DNA from: Cycas panzhihuaensis
Lineage: Eukaryota; Plantae; Cycadophyta
Assembly (NCBI GenBank): GCA_023213395.1
Contig: CM041465.1
Span: 222,773,741 to 222,837,740, forward strand
Length of the DNA: 64,000 bases
Direction of reading: 5' to 3'
Shown here: positions 40,300 through 52,585 of the stretch, one piece after another
Layout: the number at the start of each line of letters is the position of its first letter
Position numbering within the stretch: position 1 is the stretch's first letter
The notes under the pieces: model-generated
Databases searched by the model: none
Told to the model about the DNA's origin: nothing
The model's input: the letters and a program-made list of their open reading frames with translations, nothing else
Made by a program: the position numbers and the translations under genes

Positions 40300-43200
40300 C
40301 AATATGAACTAGATTTCTTAAATGAAGCTAGTTGAAGAGATGCTAGGCAATAGAATACACAAAAAAAGACAACCCTTCAAAATGAAAACCAACTTGTTAT
40401 TCTTGAATAATAAACGAGTTTATATACAAGTATATGAGACATGCAAACTATTAATTATAGATTCGTTACACCTAACTAATTGGAATCCAAAAGGGATGCA
40501 AACTACTACTAATAGATCAGTTACATCTAACCAATTGGAATCTATTCTCACCAACTCAACTACTAACTTATTCACTAACTCATTGACTCACTAACTCCCT
40601 CCTTAATTTGTGGTCGTAACTGAAAGTTCATGAGGACCAACACTTATTATAAAAACACACTTTAAACTACCTACCTCTAATTAATATAAGCCATAATACA
40701 TTTACGGTACATGATACATATAATATAGCTCATCAATTCCTCCCTGCTTAGGAGGAAATTATCCCCAATGTCATAGGCCCCGATACATGTGAAATCACTA
40801 GGGCATGATAGGTTTGAAGAACTAGGTGTTGCATTTCTTGTATACCATCCATGATACTATATGATGTGACCTCGTTCCAAGAAGTATGTCAAGTAAATAA
40901 GGAAGGAAAAAATCCTATAAAATAACTATTTTCTACTTGAAGAAGGCAGTTGCTAATGTGAGAACCTTGGCCATAGGTTGGAATGAATAACGTGCCTCAA
41001 ACTATGCGTGTTCTTTGGACACTGAAGATGCACACAAAAGAGGGTTGAGTTGATAAGACCCTTCCTTGATGGGATGCATAGTACTAAGGAACATAATATT
41101 GTGCCATGTGGCCCATGCTAGGGGTGAACCTACTAGATTCTCTAGAGTACCTAAATGTGTCCAAAACCTTGGTTAACGGTGCTAGTGTGTGTACACTCTT
41201 CAACAAAGTGTGAAGGACAACCTGCTCATGGGTTGGTGATATAGAGATCATTGGTGGTGCAAAAGCCATTGTAGAATCCCAATGCAAAGAAAAAGGCCCC
41301 TTGGACAAAGAGATAGTTGTTGTAAGATCTACATGTGATTGATGTTGTTGAAGTGGCATTTCATCAATCTTTAGTGGAGTGAATAGTAGCATAGAAGGCA
41401 CCAATTGCACTAAAGATGTTGTGGTGTGCTCTTGAGGCAAACGTTACTTTTGTTGATGCAGTTGTATTTATAGTGGCATTGACGGTCGAACCAACTAGGA
41501 AACTGAAACTGCAATTTGTAGAGGTGCCACAAACGCAATGGCAATGACAACTACTTACATGTATGGCAAAGGCCCTATGGGAGGTCCTTGTGGAAATTGA
41601 AGTGGAATAATAGGAGAAATCATTCCCTGAATACCTACTTACATGTTCATTGCCTGCTAAAACATTATGTCACTCGTTGCAATTGCTCTTGAAGAAATTG
41701 TGCTTAATCCTCAACAATTTGTTCTTATAATTTCTTCATACTAGGATGTACTTTTATAATTAACACCAAAATGTGATTTTTTTTTCTTTTCACAAGTGAA
41801 ATGACATGCAAATCACTAAATGGTCCCCTTTTTGGCACCTTTACAATTACAAACACTAAAAACCTTTTTCTTAGATCTAAGACGACTCAATTTAAAAATA
41901 TATATACAAACTCCCCATCACTCTATAATGAACTTGGTGCATGTAGAGGCCAAAAATCAGGAAGAAAACGTGAAGAATTCACACCAATAATATGAATAGA
42001 TAATGCAACACTTGCAAAGGAGCTCTTGTTGTCAACAAATCTTACTTAAAATACCTTCTAATCCCAGCATTTCTTCATCAACCAAATTTTAGATGAATCA
42101 TTCTCCTACAATTACTGTTACTCTCAAGTGACAAAATAGCAAGCACTTCTCCAGCTTGCAATACTAGTTGTTTCCATTTATGGTGCCTATGTTTATCCAT
42201 ATTAATGTCCATGAAGAATATTGATAGAAGACTTTGAAATAGTCCACTAGTGTTTACAATGATCTGCTTTGCTTCCTTGTCCAGTGTAAGGCTTGTAAGC
42301 GTGTTGACGACAATCTATCAAGTGCCGCATTAGATTCGTTTTTGTGACAAATAATGTCTTGAATGTTGCTTATCGGAAACCCTATTTTGTAATTTCTTTT
42401 ATTTTGTCTTCAAATTTACCTCATCATGCCTGTAGTGTCGGTGAGCATTCTCAGAAGTTATAGAGATTGGTCGACAATCTCTATTTTGGGGTTAGTTGAT
42501 ATCGTACCATTTAGCAAATGATCGTTTACTACTATGAATCCAATACTTTTTGGAAGGCAGCCTCTAGTGCTTCCAATTTTACAATAAATGTAATGGTATT
42601 TGGCCATGTTTATGAGGATGAGCAGTCTTGACAGGTTGAAGATCAAATAATCATTCTCTACAATTGTTTGTTCTCTGCTACTACTTTCTATAATTGAATT
42701 GTCAACTTTGTACAAGTTTGTTGTTGTAGAGTAATGACGTTATGGATCCCTAAGATCTTGTAATTACTAGTATTGCCAGTTTGAAAACGATCTCAGTGAC
42801 AACTTTATGAATTTCTCCTTCCTAAGGATTCTTTGAGCTAAGCATTTCTAGCAACATTGTGGCCCTTGTAGTTAACACCAACTAATTGCAATAAATTGAT
42901 GTTAAAAGACACAAATGCTCATTTTTTAACCATCGACAACACTCCCATTGATGCATTTGGAATAAGCATCTTGGAGAAAATGAAGAAATATATGAAGCCC
43001 ATGGGTATCAAACCCTGATTCTGCATTCACCTCCACAAGCATTTTAGCTACACATATCCAAAATTAATCGTCGAAGAAATGTAGAGAGATTCTAGAATTG
43101 GAGTCAACAAATGCAATTGTGCAGAAGGCATGGGTAGGCAAATTATAACAGTAAGAGAAGGGGCACAAAACTAAACCCTTACCAACTGTATAAGAGAGGA

Positions 43201-43314
43201 GACAAATACAAGCATAGGGCTACTTGTTCTTGACGATAATGCACATGAAGATGTTGATACATAGGTGGATAGAAAGCAAAGGTGAATGGCCTAAAGACAT
43301 TAGGTAGAGGAGGG

Positions 43315-46300
43315 TGTTAGCAATAGTTAACTTAGGTTAACTATATACTTAATGCTTCATTAGAGGATACTTATCATGAGTAAGTGTGACGAAGGGATAT
43401 GTCCTTATATGAACAAGTACGATGAAGAGCCGTGTCCATACACAAAGGGTTACGACATCATTTTAGGGTATATTTATACGTACCGCCTTGGTATTCCAAC
43501 CAATCAACTCAGATCAATGTGATTTCATCATATCAACTCGTATTCCATCTCATCATCAAACACTGTGTTGTTTTCTAATATTTTAATATAATAAACATTA
43601 TGTTGGTGGGTTTTCTCTCCCGGAAGTTTCCCACAATAAATCTGGTGTTCAAGTCTCCTTGTGTATGTTCCTGGCATGTAACCGTCCCTATCTCTGGTTG
43701 GCTTAACAATTGACCTGCAACTTGCATATACACAAACCTTAACACGGTATCAGAGCCTAAGGAAGCGAGGAATAACATTAGAACTCAAATTTGAGATTGG
43801 AAACAAGTGAGTTTGTCACTAATCAGTTAAAATCAAAGATTGGAGATCCATAGATCATGTTGACATTGAGAAAAGAGGCCATCCGGAGTTGCCAAAATGC
43901 ATTGGGCACATTATATGCATGTAGCACCAACATTAGAAGCTATGTGCCGACATTGGGCATCAACTAAAGTATACAACGACGTTGGGCTCAGATTGGGTAT
44001 CATAAAGCAAGTTTTGAAGATGTTGGGCACCTTTTGATAGTGTTGGGCTTCAAATTGAAGTTGTACAACAAAGAATGAGCAGTATTGAGAGCTGTTAAAT
44101 TGAATTTCGGTAACATTTGGAACTAGGCGAGTTTGAGAAAGAACCTACCTTCGTTTGACTGTGTTCTAGTGAAATAATCACTAATAAAAGCCTCTGAATA
44201 ATCTATGTATGATCAGAATCTGATTTTGCTAACATCGGAAGCTGTCTGAATGATTAGAAAGTTTTGTTAATGCCCAGCACAGCCCGATAATTTCATGCGG
44301 GAGCCGTGACCATTCTAAACATCGCAATGATAAAAAATTTAAGCCGCATTAAATAAAATCAATCACTAAAGTTGTTGTATATCCTTCAACGTTGAAGTTT
44401 GACAGTAAATGAGCATCGTCATGCGAAATAAACTCTGCAGAAGAGTCGTAGTTTGATTAGTCTATGTCAAAACAAAGGACACAAGATAAAACATTAAAGA
44501 AAACTCTGGAAAGATGCCGTCATTGAACTTTTTGCATAAAAAGTCGTTGCCTTGCAAAGTAAACTACGCAGAGTTGCCATCATTTGCAATCTATGCCAAA
44601 ACGGAGAACGTAATGATATAAAATAAACATTCGAATACCATTCAGTTAATATTTCAACATTTTAATATAGTCTGAAGGCACGCATTGATATTGATTGCAA
44701 TTTTAATGCACGCGAGTTAAATATTAGTCACATGGCCTTTTTTGAGAAGATATCATTGAAAGAATATTCCTTTTGAATATTCTATTTTTAATATTTGGCT
44801 TAAAATCTTAGAAAAAGTGATACATTCGGCAATTAAAGCATTTTACTATGTTTATTCGGTGTTACTCCATCTAGAATCGACCCAACAACACGTGACATCT
44901 AGCATTTAGATCTAATTGATTTTGTCAAGAAGTTTACAGTGATAAAATGAGCCTTTGTTTACATTATATCTTCGATTGACGTTAAAAGGCATATTCTTTG
45001 TGGAAAATGTATGGGACATACATTTGCTTCTCAATAAATTGGTATATGAAGCAATGATTCAAGCTTCATAAAGTGATAAACATTACGAATCAAGACTCAT
45101 AATTGTGTTTGGCAATCAAGTGGAAGTGAATTCGGAGTATCTATAGACATGGACATCAGAAATACCTTATTGCCATCAGTGATCTTTGATGGAACCAATT
45201 TCAAGGAGTGAAAGTCCAACGTAGAGCTCATATTGATGGTCTAAGAACTTTGGGACCTAACCTGCAAGACTCCACCTGAGAAAAAAGAAGGGGAACCTAA
45301 AGTTAAACCACATAAACTCACACAAAGAAGGCAACTTCATGCCACTGGTGTACTAAAGTTCTCACTTGCCCCAAATCAGAGAGCACTTGTCCACAAGTTG
45401 AATACGTCGAACAACATTTGGAAGACTCTATGTGACACATTTAAAAAGAAGAAGACAAACTGTTTGGTCGTCTTACAGGGTGAATTGTTCAACTCTTGCA
45501 TTGAGGATGAGAGCAATATCAACACCTATTTGAATAAATTGACTAATATTAGGAATAAGCTAGAGGGAATAGAAGAAAACCTAATTAATGATAAAATCAT
45601 GTTCACAATCATCATGAACAAGTTGCTAGCAACCTACAACACCTTTCAAATCGTGTATAATGTTGACGAGATGTTGCAATTTGCCTAATTTTAGAAACTA
45701 AAGGAGCTTCTTCTTGTGGAGAAAGCTAAGCTTAAACATCATGGATTTGTGGGTTCTACTGATACTAATCATGCCCTATCCTCAAAATTTTAGAAAAATG
45801 AGAATGAAGACAAGGATAAACGTTCACTTGAAGAGGGTACCAATAAAGGGAAGAAGAAGAAATATAATGCTTCATGTACTTATCGTAAAAAGATGGGCCA
45901 CAAGGAGAAGGAGTGCTAGGTGAGGAAAAAGAACTTAAGGCAAGCCAATGGGAAGAAGAAGATTGTAGCTTATTGTGTGCGAATATCAACTCGAAAGTCG
46001 CCAAATCAAAAGCACTATTCGATGATTGACTCAGGCACACAACAGCATATCTCTCCTTGTAAGCATAGTTTTGATGTGTTAAAGCAAAATATTAGCCAAA
46101 TGGACATCATACTCAATAATGCTAGTGTGGTACCAATAAAATATATTGAAACAGTCACAGTGAAAGGCGATTGGCTTGAGAAGGTGTGGTATACACCTAG
46201 AATGAGTCTCAATCTTCTTTCTACTTAGGATACCTAGGCATACTTTCCCAAAGATAAGTCAGAAGTGAAACAATTTAAAACAACAGCTAAAAAGATATGT

Positions 46301-48076
46301 GAAAGTCAAATAGAATTGTTAAGGAATAATAGTGGAAAAGCCTACGACAATCACATTTCTAAGTTTTGTTCTAATCATGGTATTAAGTTAATCCCACATG
46401 ATGGAGTTACCACACGGAAAGTTAATACCTTGATCAACATGGCATTGTGTAGGGTGAAAACACAACATATGCCATCCAACTTCAAGATAGAAGCTGTGAG
46501 AACTGAGGTTCACATTGTGAACCAGATCCCAACCTCTACAGTTCAAAATGTGATGCGACATGAAAAATGCACTGGTTAGAAGCCTTCCATTGAAAAAATA
46601 AAAATCTTCAAGTGCGTTGCAAATACACTAATCTTTGACAGACAGTTGAAGAAATCTAACCATAGTCGCAAAAGTGCTTTTGTGGGATACCATGGAAACA
46701 ACCATACATATAGACTTTGGGATCTGGTGATGCAGAACTTTCTTTATTGTTAAGATATAAGGATTGACGAAGCATCGACATACAAGTTTGATGTTTGTTA
46801 CCCCCCCTTCACGACATCTCCTAATCTTGCAAAGGTCGAGCTCCAAGAGGAAGATGAAGTAAAAGGTAATGAAAAACACCAATTACTCATTAAGGAGATG
46901 GCAACCTCCTCTAAGTCATTATTGGCTATAACTGAGGATGTAACAGAAAGACTGATTGAAACTCAAACTAGTAGTCAACTTCAAATGATGAAAGTCATTC
47001 ACTCCCACGTTCCTGATTCATTATGGCAAATGAATCCTTCCTGGAGAGTAGTTAAGGAGTAGGATAAAGATTCTTTACATGAAAATATTCCTTCTGTTTG
47101 AATTGACCTTGAGACGACGATTGCGCCCGTTGTTTAGAAGCCAATACATAGATCAAATATAGTAGCTACACTTGGTGGAAAGTTACATCAAAATAATATT
47201 TGAATTGCATTTCTTAACCTAGACTTACCGAGATTATATCAAGCACAAACCTCTATGGCCATTAAGGAAGGACCAGATAAACTCTTATGCCAATTGAATT
47301 GCACTAAAGGTATATACTCTGTGTTCGATGTGGACTCGTCTTCAATTGATGAAACATTACGACCTATGAGAGAAACTCTTAGTCCGGCAGAAGAGTACCT
47401 ACAAGATCAAGTATCGACATTGGAAGCGAGATACTAGTTGATCATTCAAGAGGTGTTTGATGAAAGCGAGCTTCAAGTGGAATCTTCTTCGACCATTAAC
47501 TAGGTTGCAAACTGATTCATGGAGTTGTTGGATGAATGTCACCAGTCAACACTCAGCAAGATCACCTTTGAGGGGGAATCAGTCTATAAGGACAGATCTC
47601 CCGACTAATGGAGCAGTTAATTTTGCTTCATCCCCTATTCGCATTAAGGGGGGATGTTAGCGATAGTTAACTTAGGTTAACTATATACTTAATGCTTCAT
47701 TAGGGGATAGTTATCATGAGTAGGTGCGATGGAGGGATGTGTCCTTATATGAACAGGTACAATGAAGAGTCGCATCCATACGCGAAGGGTTACGACATCG
47801 TTTCAAGGTATATTTATACATGCCTCCTTGGTATTCCAACCAATGAACTCGGATTAATGTGATCTCATCATATCAACTCATATTCCATCTCATCATTGAA
47901 CGCTATGTTTTTTAATATTTTAATAAACATTGTGTTAGTGAGTTTTCTCTCTCAGGAGTTTTCCACAATAAATCTGGCATTCAAGTCTCCTTGTGCATGT
48001 TCCTAGCGTGTAACAGTCCCTACCTCTAGTTGGCTTACCAACAAACCTGTAATCTGCATATACACAAACCTTAACA
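43315..48076 (+). mobile_element. Non-autonomous Copia (gag-PR-partial INT, RT/RH lost)
   Basis: LTRs at 43315-43744 and 47655-48076, PBS CGGTATCAGAGCC at 43745-43757, PPT at 47646-47654, TSD GAGGG/AAGGG. Confidence 0.93.
45149..47225 (+). pseudogene. gag: Degenerate Copia gag-PR-INT with RT traces
   Basis: FDGTNFKE*, NIWKTLCDTF, CTYRKKMGHKEKEC, IDSGTQQH, LRNNSGKAY, IAFLNLD. No YVDD or RNase H seen. Confidence 0.85.
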
Positions 48077-48744
48077 AAGGGGGGTTGAGGTTGAGTACGA
48101 AGTTGCAAGGGCAAAATTCCCAAGACAAAATGAATGCGGCATAGGATGGAATGGATATTGAATTGGGGTTGAAGGAGTTAAATTAGCCTTGCCATCTTTA
48201 AGTTGTTCTACATCGAATGATACTATATAGGGTGATGAAGAATGTATGGACTCCAAGTCAACTACTTTTGAAGAGAGCCAATTAATGAGCTCTAAAACCT
48301 CGCAATGGCAACCAATGAAAATGGTGACTCAAAATCAACAACCAATGAAAATAAGCACTCAAAATCAGCACCAAGAAGCATGCCCAATACAAAAATCGGC
48401 CACAAATTGCACATAAAAAATTCATGGAACTTCCATGATGTGAAAATCAGCCCTGATCACAGGCCTTGATACCAATTGATATGAACCAAATTGCTCAGAT
48501 AACATTGGTTGAAGAGATGTCAGGCAATATAATACACAAAAAAAGACAACCCTTCAAAATAAAAACTAGCTTGCTATTTCATGAACAGTAAACAAGTTTA
48601 TATACAAGAGACATGCAAACTACTAATTATAGCCCAATTACACCTAACTGGTGTTGGGAATAATCCCAATGTATGTGCACTAGAGCGCTTAGGGCCCCTC
48701 AAAGCCACCTTTCAGGGCCCCTAGGGCACCTTGAGCCGTTCAAA

Positions 48745-48876
48745 AGCCGCCCGGACCGACCACTCACTCACGTGAGGTAACGATCACCGCTATTTATTTT
48801 TATATTTTTCAAACTAACCTTAATTGTTGTGCGCTAGGGTGATGGCGCCCGACGCCTCCCGAATTCTCTATATAAG
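48745..48876 (+). promoter_or_regulatory. U3 promoter with GCC box, DRE core, G-box and TATA
   Basis: AGCCGCC at 48745, ACCGAC at 48755, CACGTG at 48769, CTATATAA near 48868, all retained in the 3' LTR. Function is inferred. Confidence 0.55.
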
Positions 48877-49669
48877 GGTTGGGAATACCTCGGTGTTTAT
48901 TAACACCGCCACTCTATTGAAATTGCCGTTGTACTCAAGATGAGAACGCCGTGATGTCCTCGCTCCCTCCCGGCTCCATCATTTGGTATCAGAGCCACGT
49001 TGTCTATTTTCTGGTTTTAGTTGCTCAAACGTCTGGCGGAACATATCTATATGACTGCTCGTTGAGATTCTGGCGAGCTCACCGATCTGCTGGAGAAGAC
49101 GGATCTGGATTCCATCCACTGTGGAGGAAGATCTCCCGCTCGGAAGTTTGCACTCAAACCAGGTTCTTCGGTTCCTTTTATTTTTTAAACATATAAACAA
49201 ATAATTTTGATATATGCCTTTTACTTATTCTTTTGATCTTTATAAGTGCTCGATAGATCTGTAGTATTATTACCATCTGTATTCTGTGCATTCTCTGCAT
49301 TTGTACTGAACAACTCTCAATATATATATATAGTTTACTTGTTCTTCGTTTATCCATCTCTGCTGTTATCTCTGTCCTCTGTGGTTAATACGCAGCTACT
49401 GTTGGATTTCATTAATACGCAGCCGATCTTGTTAGTAGTATTTGCGTTATCCGTTTGCCGCCTCATTATTGAGTACCTGTGTTAGTACTATTGGCCGTAC
49501 TCACTTCCATCCTCGCATTGCATTATTCTTACAGTCCATTCATTGTGCGTTCGCCATATTCGGTGACTATATTGCACTGCACTCTCCGTCCCCGTGTCGG
49601 CGCCCAGATCTCTTAGCCTCGCCTGATCCCGGATCCCTTAGCCTTGCACTCACAGATTCTGCCTCGCCT

Positions 49670-49756
49670 TGAGAAGGCATATCTGCGTTCTGTCCTTTCT
49701 GCTCTCCGTCCTGAGAAGGCATGTCCTTTCTGCTCTCCGTCCTGAGAAGGCATATC
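49670..49756. repeat. Tandem repeats (TGAGAAGGCAT...TGTCCTTTCTGCTCTCCGTCC) in the leader
   Basis: Three TGAGAAGGCAT copies and two identical 21-mers. Confidence 0.9.
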
Positions 49757-50392
49757 GTTCGTTGGCCTCTTCTGCGCTCCCGTTGGCCTCTGCGAGTTTT
49801 TGCATCTCAAATGCGTTCTGCATCGGTCTATTGGAAACTTAAATTATATTCGCCGTCGCCTTTATGCGTTGATATCGCCTTTATTGTTGATTTGTTTGCT
49901 TTTACTATTGCTGCATTTAATCGGATTTATTGGATTCGTTTGAGTATATTCGCCGTCGCCTTTGTGCGTGATTAAATCTTTGTGCATTTATATTTTGCGT
50001 TGCGATTCATTCATTCATATTTACCATATTGCGTACGCCTGCTGATCATATTCATTACGTTTTTCATTCATTATTACAGCTTATATATTGCTTTGTTCTG
50101 CTATTCATTCATTCATATTTGATATATTTTGAGTGCGCCTGCCCCGTTTGATCTTTGCTACGGCTTTCATTATTACGGTTTTGTGTTTGTATGTATTCAT
50201 CATTATTACGGCTTTGTGTTTGTTTGTAACTCTACGTCATTATTGCGTTTATACATTGCGCTATGCTTGTGTTATTATTTCCGTTGCATTATTATTATTC
50301 GGTTCATTAAACCATATTCCTCATAATCATATTTATTTATTGTATGATTTAAAATCCAGGTTTTAAGGGTTTTAAGTTTTGTTTTTTAACCC

Positions 50393-50467
50393 GACGAGCG
50401 ATTTCACCCTCTTGGCATCGGAGGTTTCCGTTATCTGACTGGTCTTGGGTTCAATCCCAGCTCAGTC
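50393..50467 (+). ncRNA. tRNA-like 75-nt structure (not a canonical tRNA)
   Basis: Closing stem GACGAGC/GCTCAGTC, CCTC/GAGG arm with a GG-containing loop, T-arm/box-B-like GGGTTCAATCCC, TTTT downstream. No clean anticodon arm. Confidence 0.4.
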
Positions 50468-52585
50468 CCTCTTCAGACCCGATTTTAAAGAAGTTTTTCA
50501 ATTTTAAACTTTATTTTTTTTTTAAATTTTATTTTTTCATAGGGTTATTGGCGCTTTTGTGGCCATAACTTCTATTTGGCTCATCGGTTTTAGACGAAAC
50601 CTGTGCCAATAGATCAGAAATTTTCCGTAGATCGATTTCGACTGGTCATAAGACCAATTTGGTGCCCATTTGACCTTGTTTCGACCTTTTTAACATTGGA
50701 CTTTCGAAATTTCAGCAGTTTTTACTTTTTTAACAAAATCGGTTTTAGAACTGGCTGTCATTTACTTTTGGTAAACTGTTTTGTGTCTGAATTCTCTCTA
50801 TAGCAATCTACGTCATATAGACTTTAATACCCATTTTTTATTTCAATTCTTTGAGTTCATTTTCACCAATATTTTAATCGCTAAAATAAGAAATTTAGTT
50901 GTTTTTGCCTGTTTCTTGAACATTCTCCATAAAGACACTTGTTACTTTTTTCACTATAACTTTTGCAATTTTTATCGATTTCATTTTTCAAACCGTTGGG
51001 AAGCTGACTCATTTCTCTTCATTGTGATATATTTTTCCATATATTTTGACACAATTTTCTCATATTTCAAATCAGCTAAAGTTGAGGTATTTTATTGGCC
51101 TAAATCTGCTTTTTTTACACCTGTTTAATATATTCTTTCAAAATTTTTAATTGGCAGAATATTAATTACTTCATCAATAATATTTGATCATTTGTTCAAC
51201 TTTTCTAAGGATTAATTAGTATTTTTATGCAATTTTTGCCTACCCTGCTCCTGTTAGGCTCCATAAGGAGGTCTATTCCTTTGCCTCATTCAAAACGTGA
51301 TTTATTGGTATCCATTTTCAAAACCGTCTGTTTTATTGGATTCACATCTCAAAGAATCTACATATTGATAAAATTTTAAGCTATTCTGACCTCATTCAAT
51401 ATAGTTTTCAATCAGTTAAAGTTGAGTATATATATACAACCTAACAAGCTTGTCTTCTTTCAAAAATTGTAAAGAAAATTCTAGTTCATATTTCCTTGTT
51501 TACTCAAGTTTCTGCTTGATCTTTCTACAAGCACTTTACATTATTTTTGAACAAGCATTTGTTTATAAGGCAATACATAAAAGTTGTTCTTAAAATAAGT
51601 TTTTTTACATTGAAGATTTATTATTCATTTGAGAAATTGGCATCTGTTTTGAAAACTATCTATTCTCAAAAGTTTATTTTTAAATCTTGCATGAGTGAAA
51701 AGTTTTGAGCATCATTACTTCATTTTTTATTGTTTTACTTTAAAAGTGTATCAAAGTTCTTCTTCATTATTGGAAAATATCATCCTTCTTGCACTTATAA
51801 AAGGAAAATTGTATTTCTTTTCAAAGGCATATTACATTTGTTTAAAGGGCATTATATGTTTTTTGAAAAAAAGGCAAAAGAGTTTTTTTAAAAGTTTTCA
51901 TTTCATCTTGCTTAGAGCATTTTTTTTTCTGTTATCAAAAGAATTTTTCTTTTTCTAAGCAAGACCACATTGCTAAATAGATTAGTTTTCACATTAAATA
52001 AGATAATCCCGAATTGAACCACACTTTTTCCAAATTGCAAGGGGAACGTTAGGACCTCGGTTACCACCTCGACACGCTAATCGGCCTACTCATATTGGAT
52101 GAGGACAGCCATTAGCTATCGTGTATACTTGGCGGTGAGGTGCGTAACCTTTTCATTTTATGGTGTTTGGAGACCAAGGCTAGACACGGAGAGGGTGAGT
52201 GCCTTTGGTTCGAGAACCTTCACCGCTAGATCCGTCGTTAGGCATAAATCCGCAGTGGACCAACAATTGTGGGGGTGTCAAAGCCTTCTTAGCACCCCAC
52301 GATCTTGAGGTATATAGAGCCTAGCGCCCGCACTGCATAAAGGGTCCCCTGCTTTTGCCATCCGTAAGGTGCGCCATTGATGTAATAGCAACCAAGGTTG
52401 CCCAGGAGAAACATAAACTTAGAGCCTAGTAGCCTTTCTAGGTCCTAGTTCATTTGTTTAAACTTTGGAAAACCTTGGGATATATACTTGGAAATAATTT
52501 CTTTCATTTAAGTTCTTTCAAATTTTTTACATTCAAATATTTTTTGCTATTGCATTTATCAGATTTTATACAACCTTAATTTAAA

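Noticed and set aside
50393-50467. Bona fide tRNA gene
   Set aside because: No canonical anticodon stem-loop and irregular spacing. Kept only as tRNA-like.
48951-52308. Many 65-115 aa hydrophobic ORFs as an env-like or host gene
   Set aside because: They overlap in several frames, follow from T-rich composition, show no recognisable domain and lie upstream of gag.
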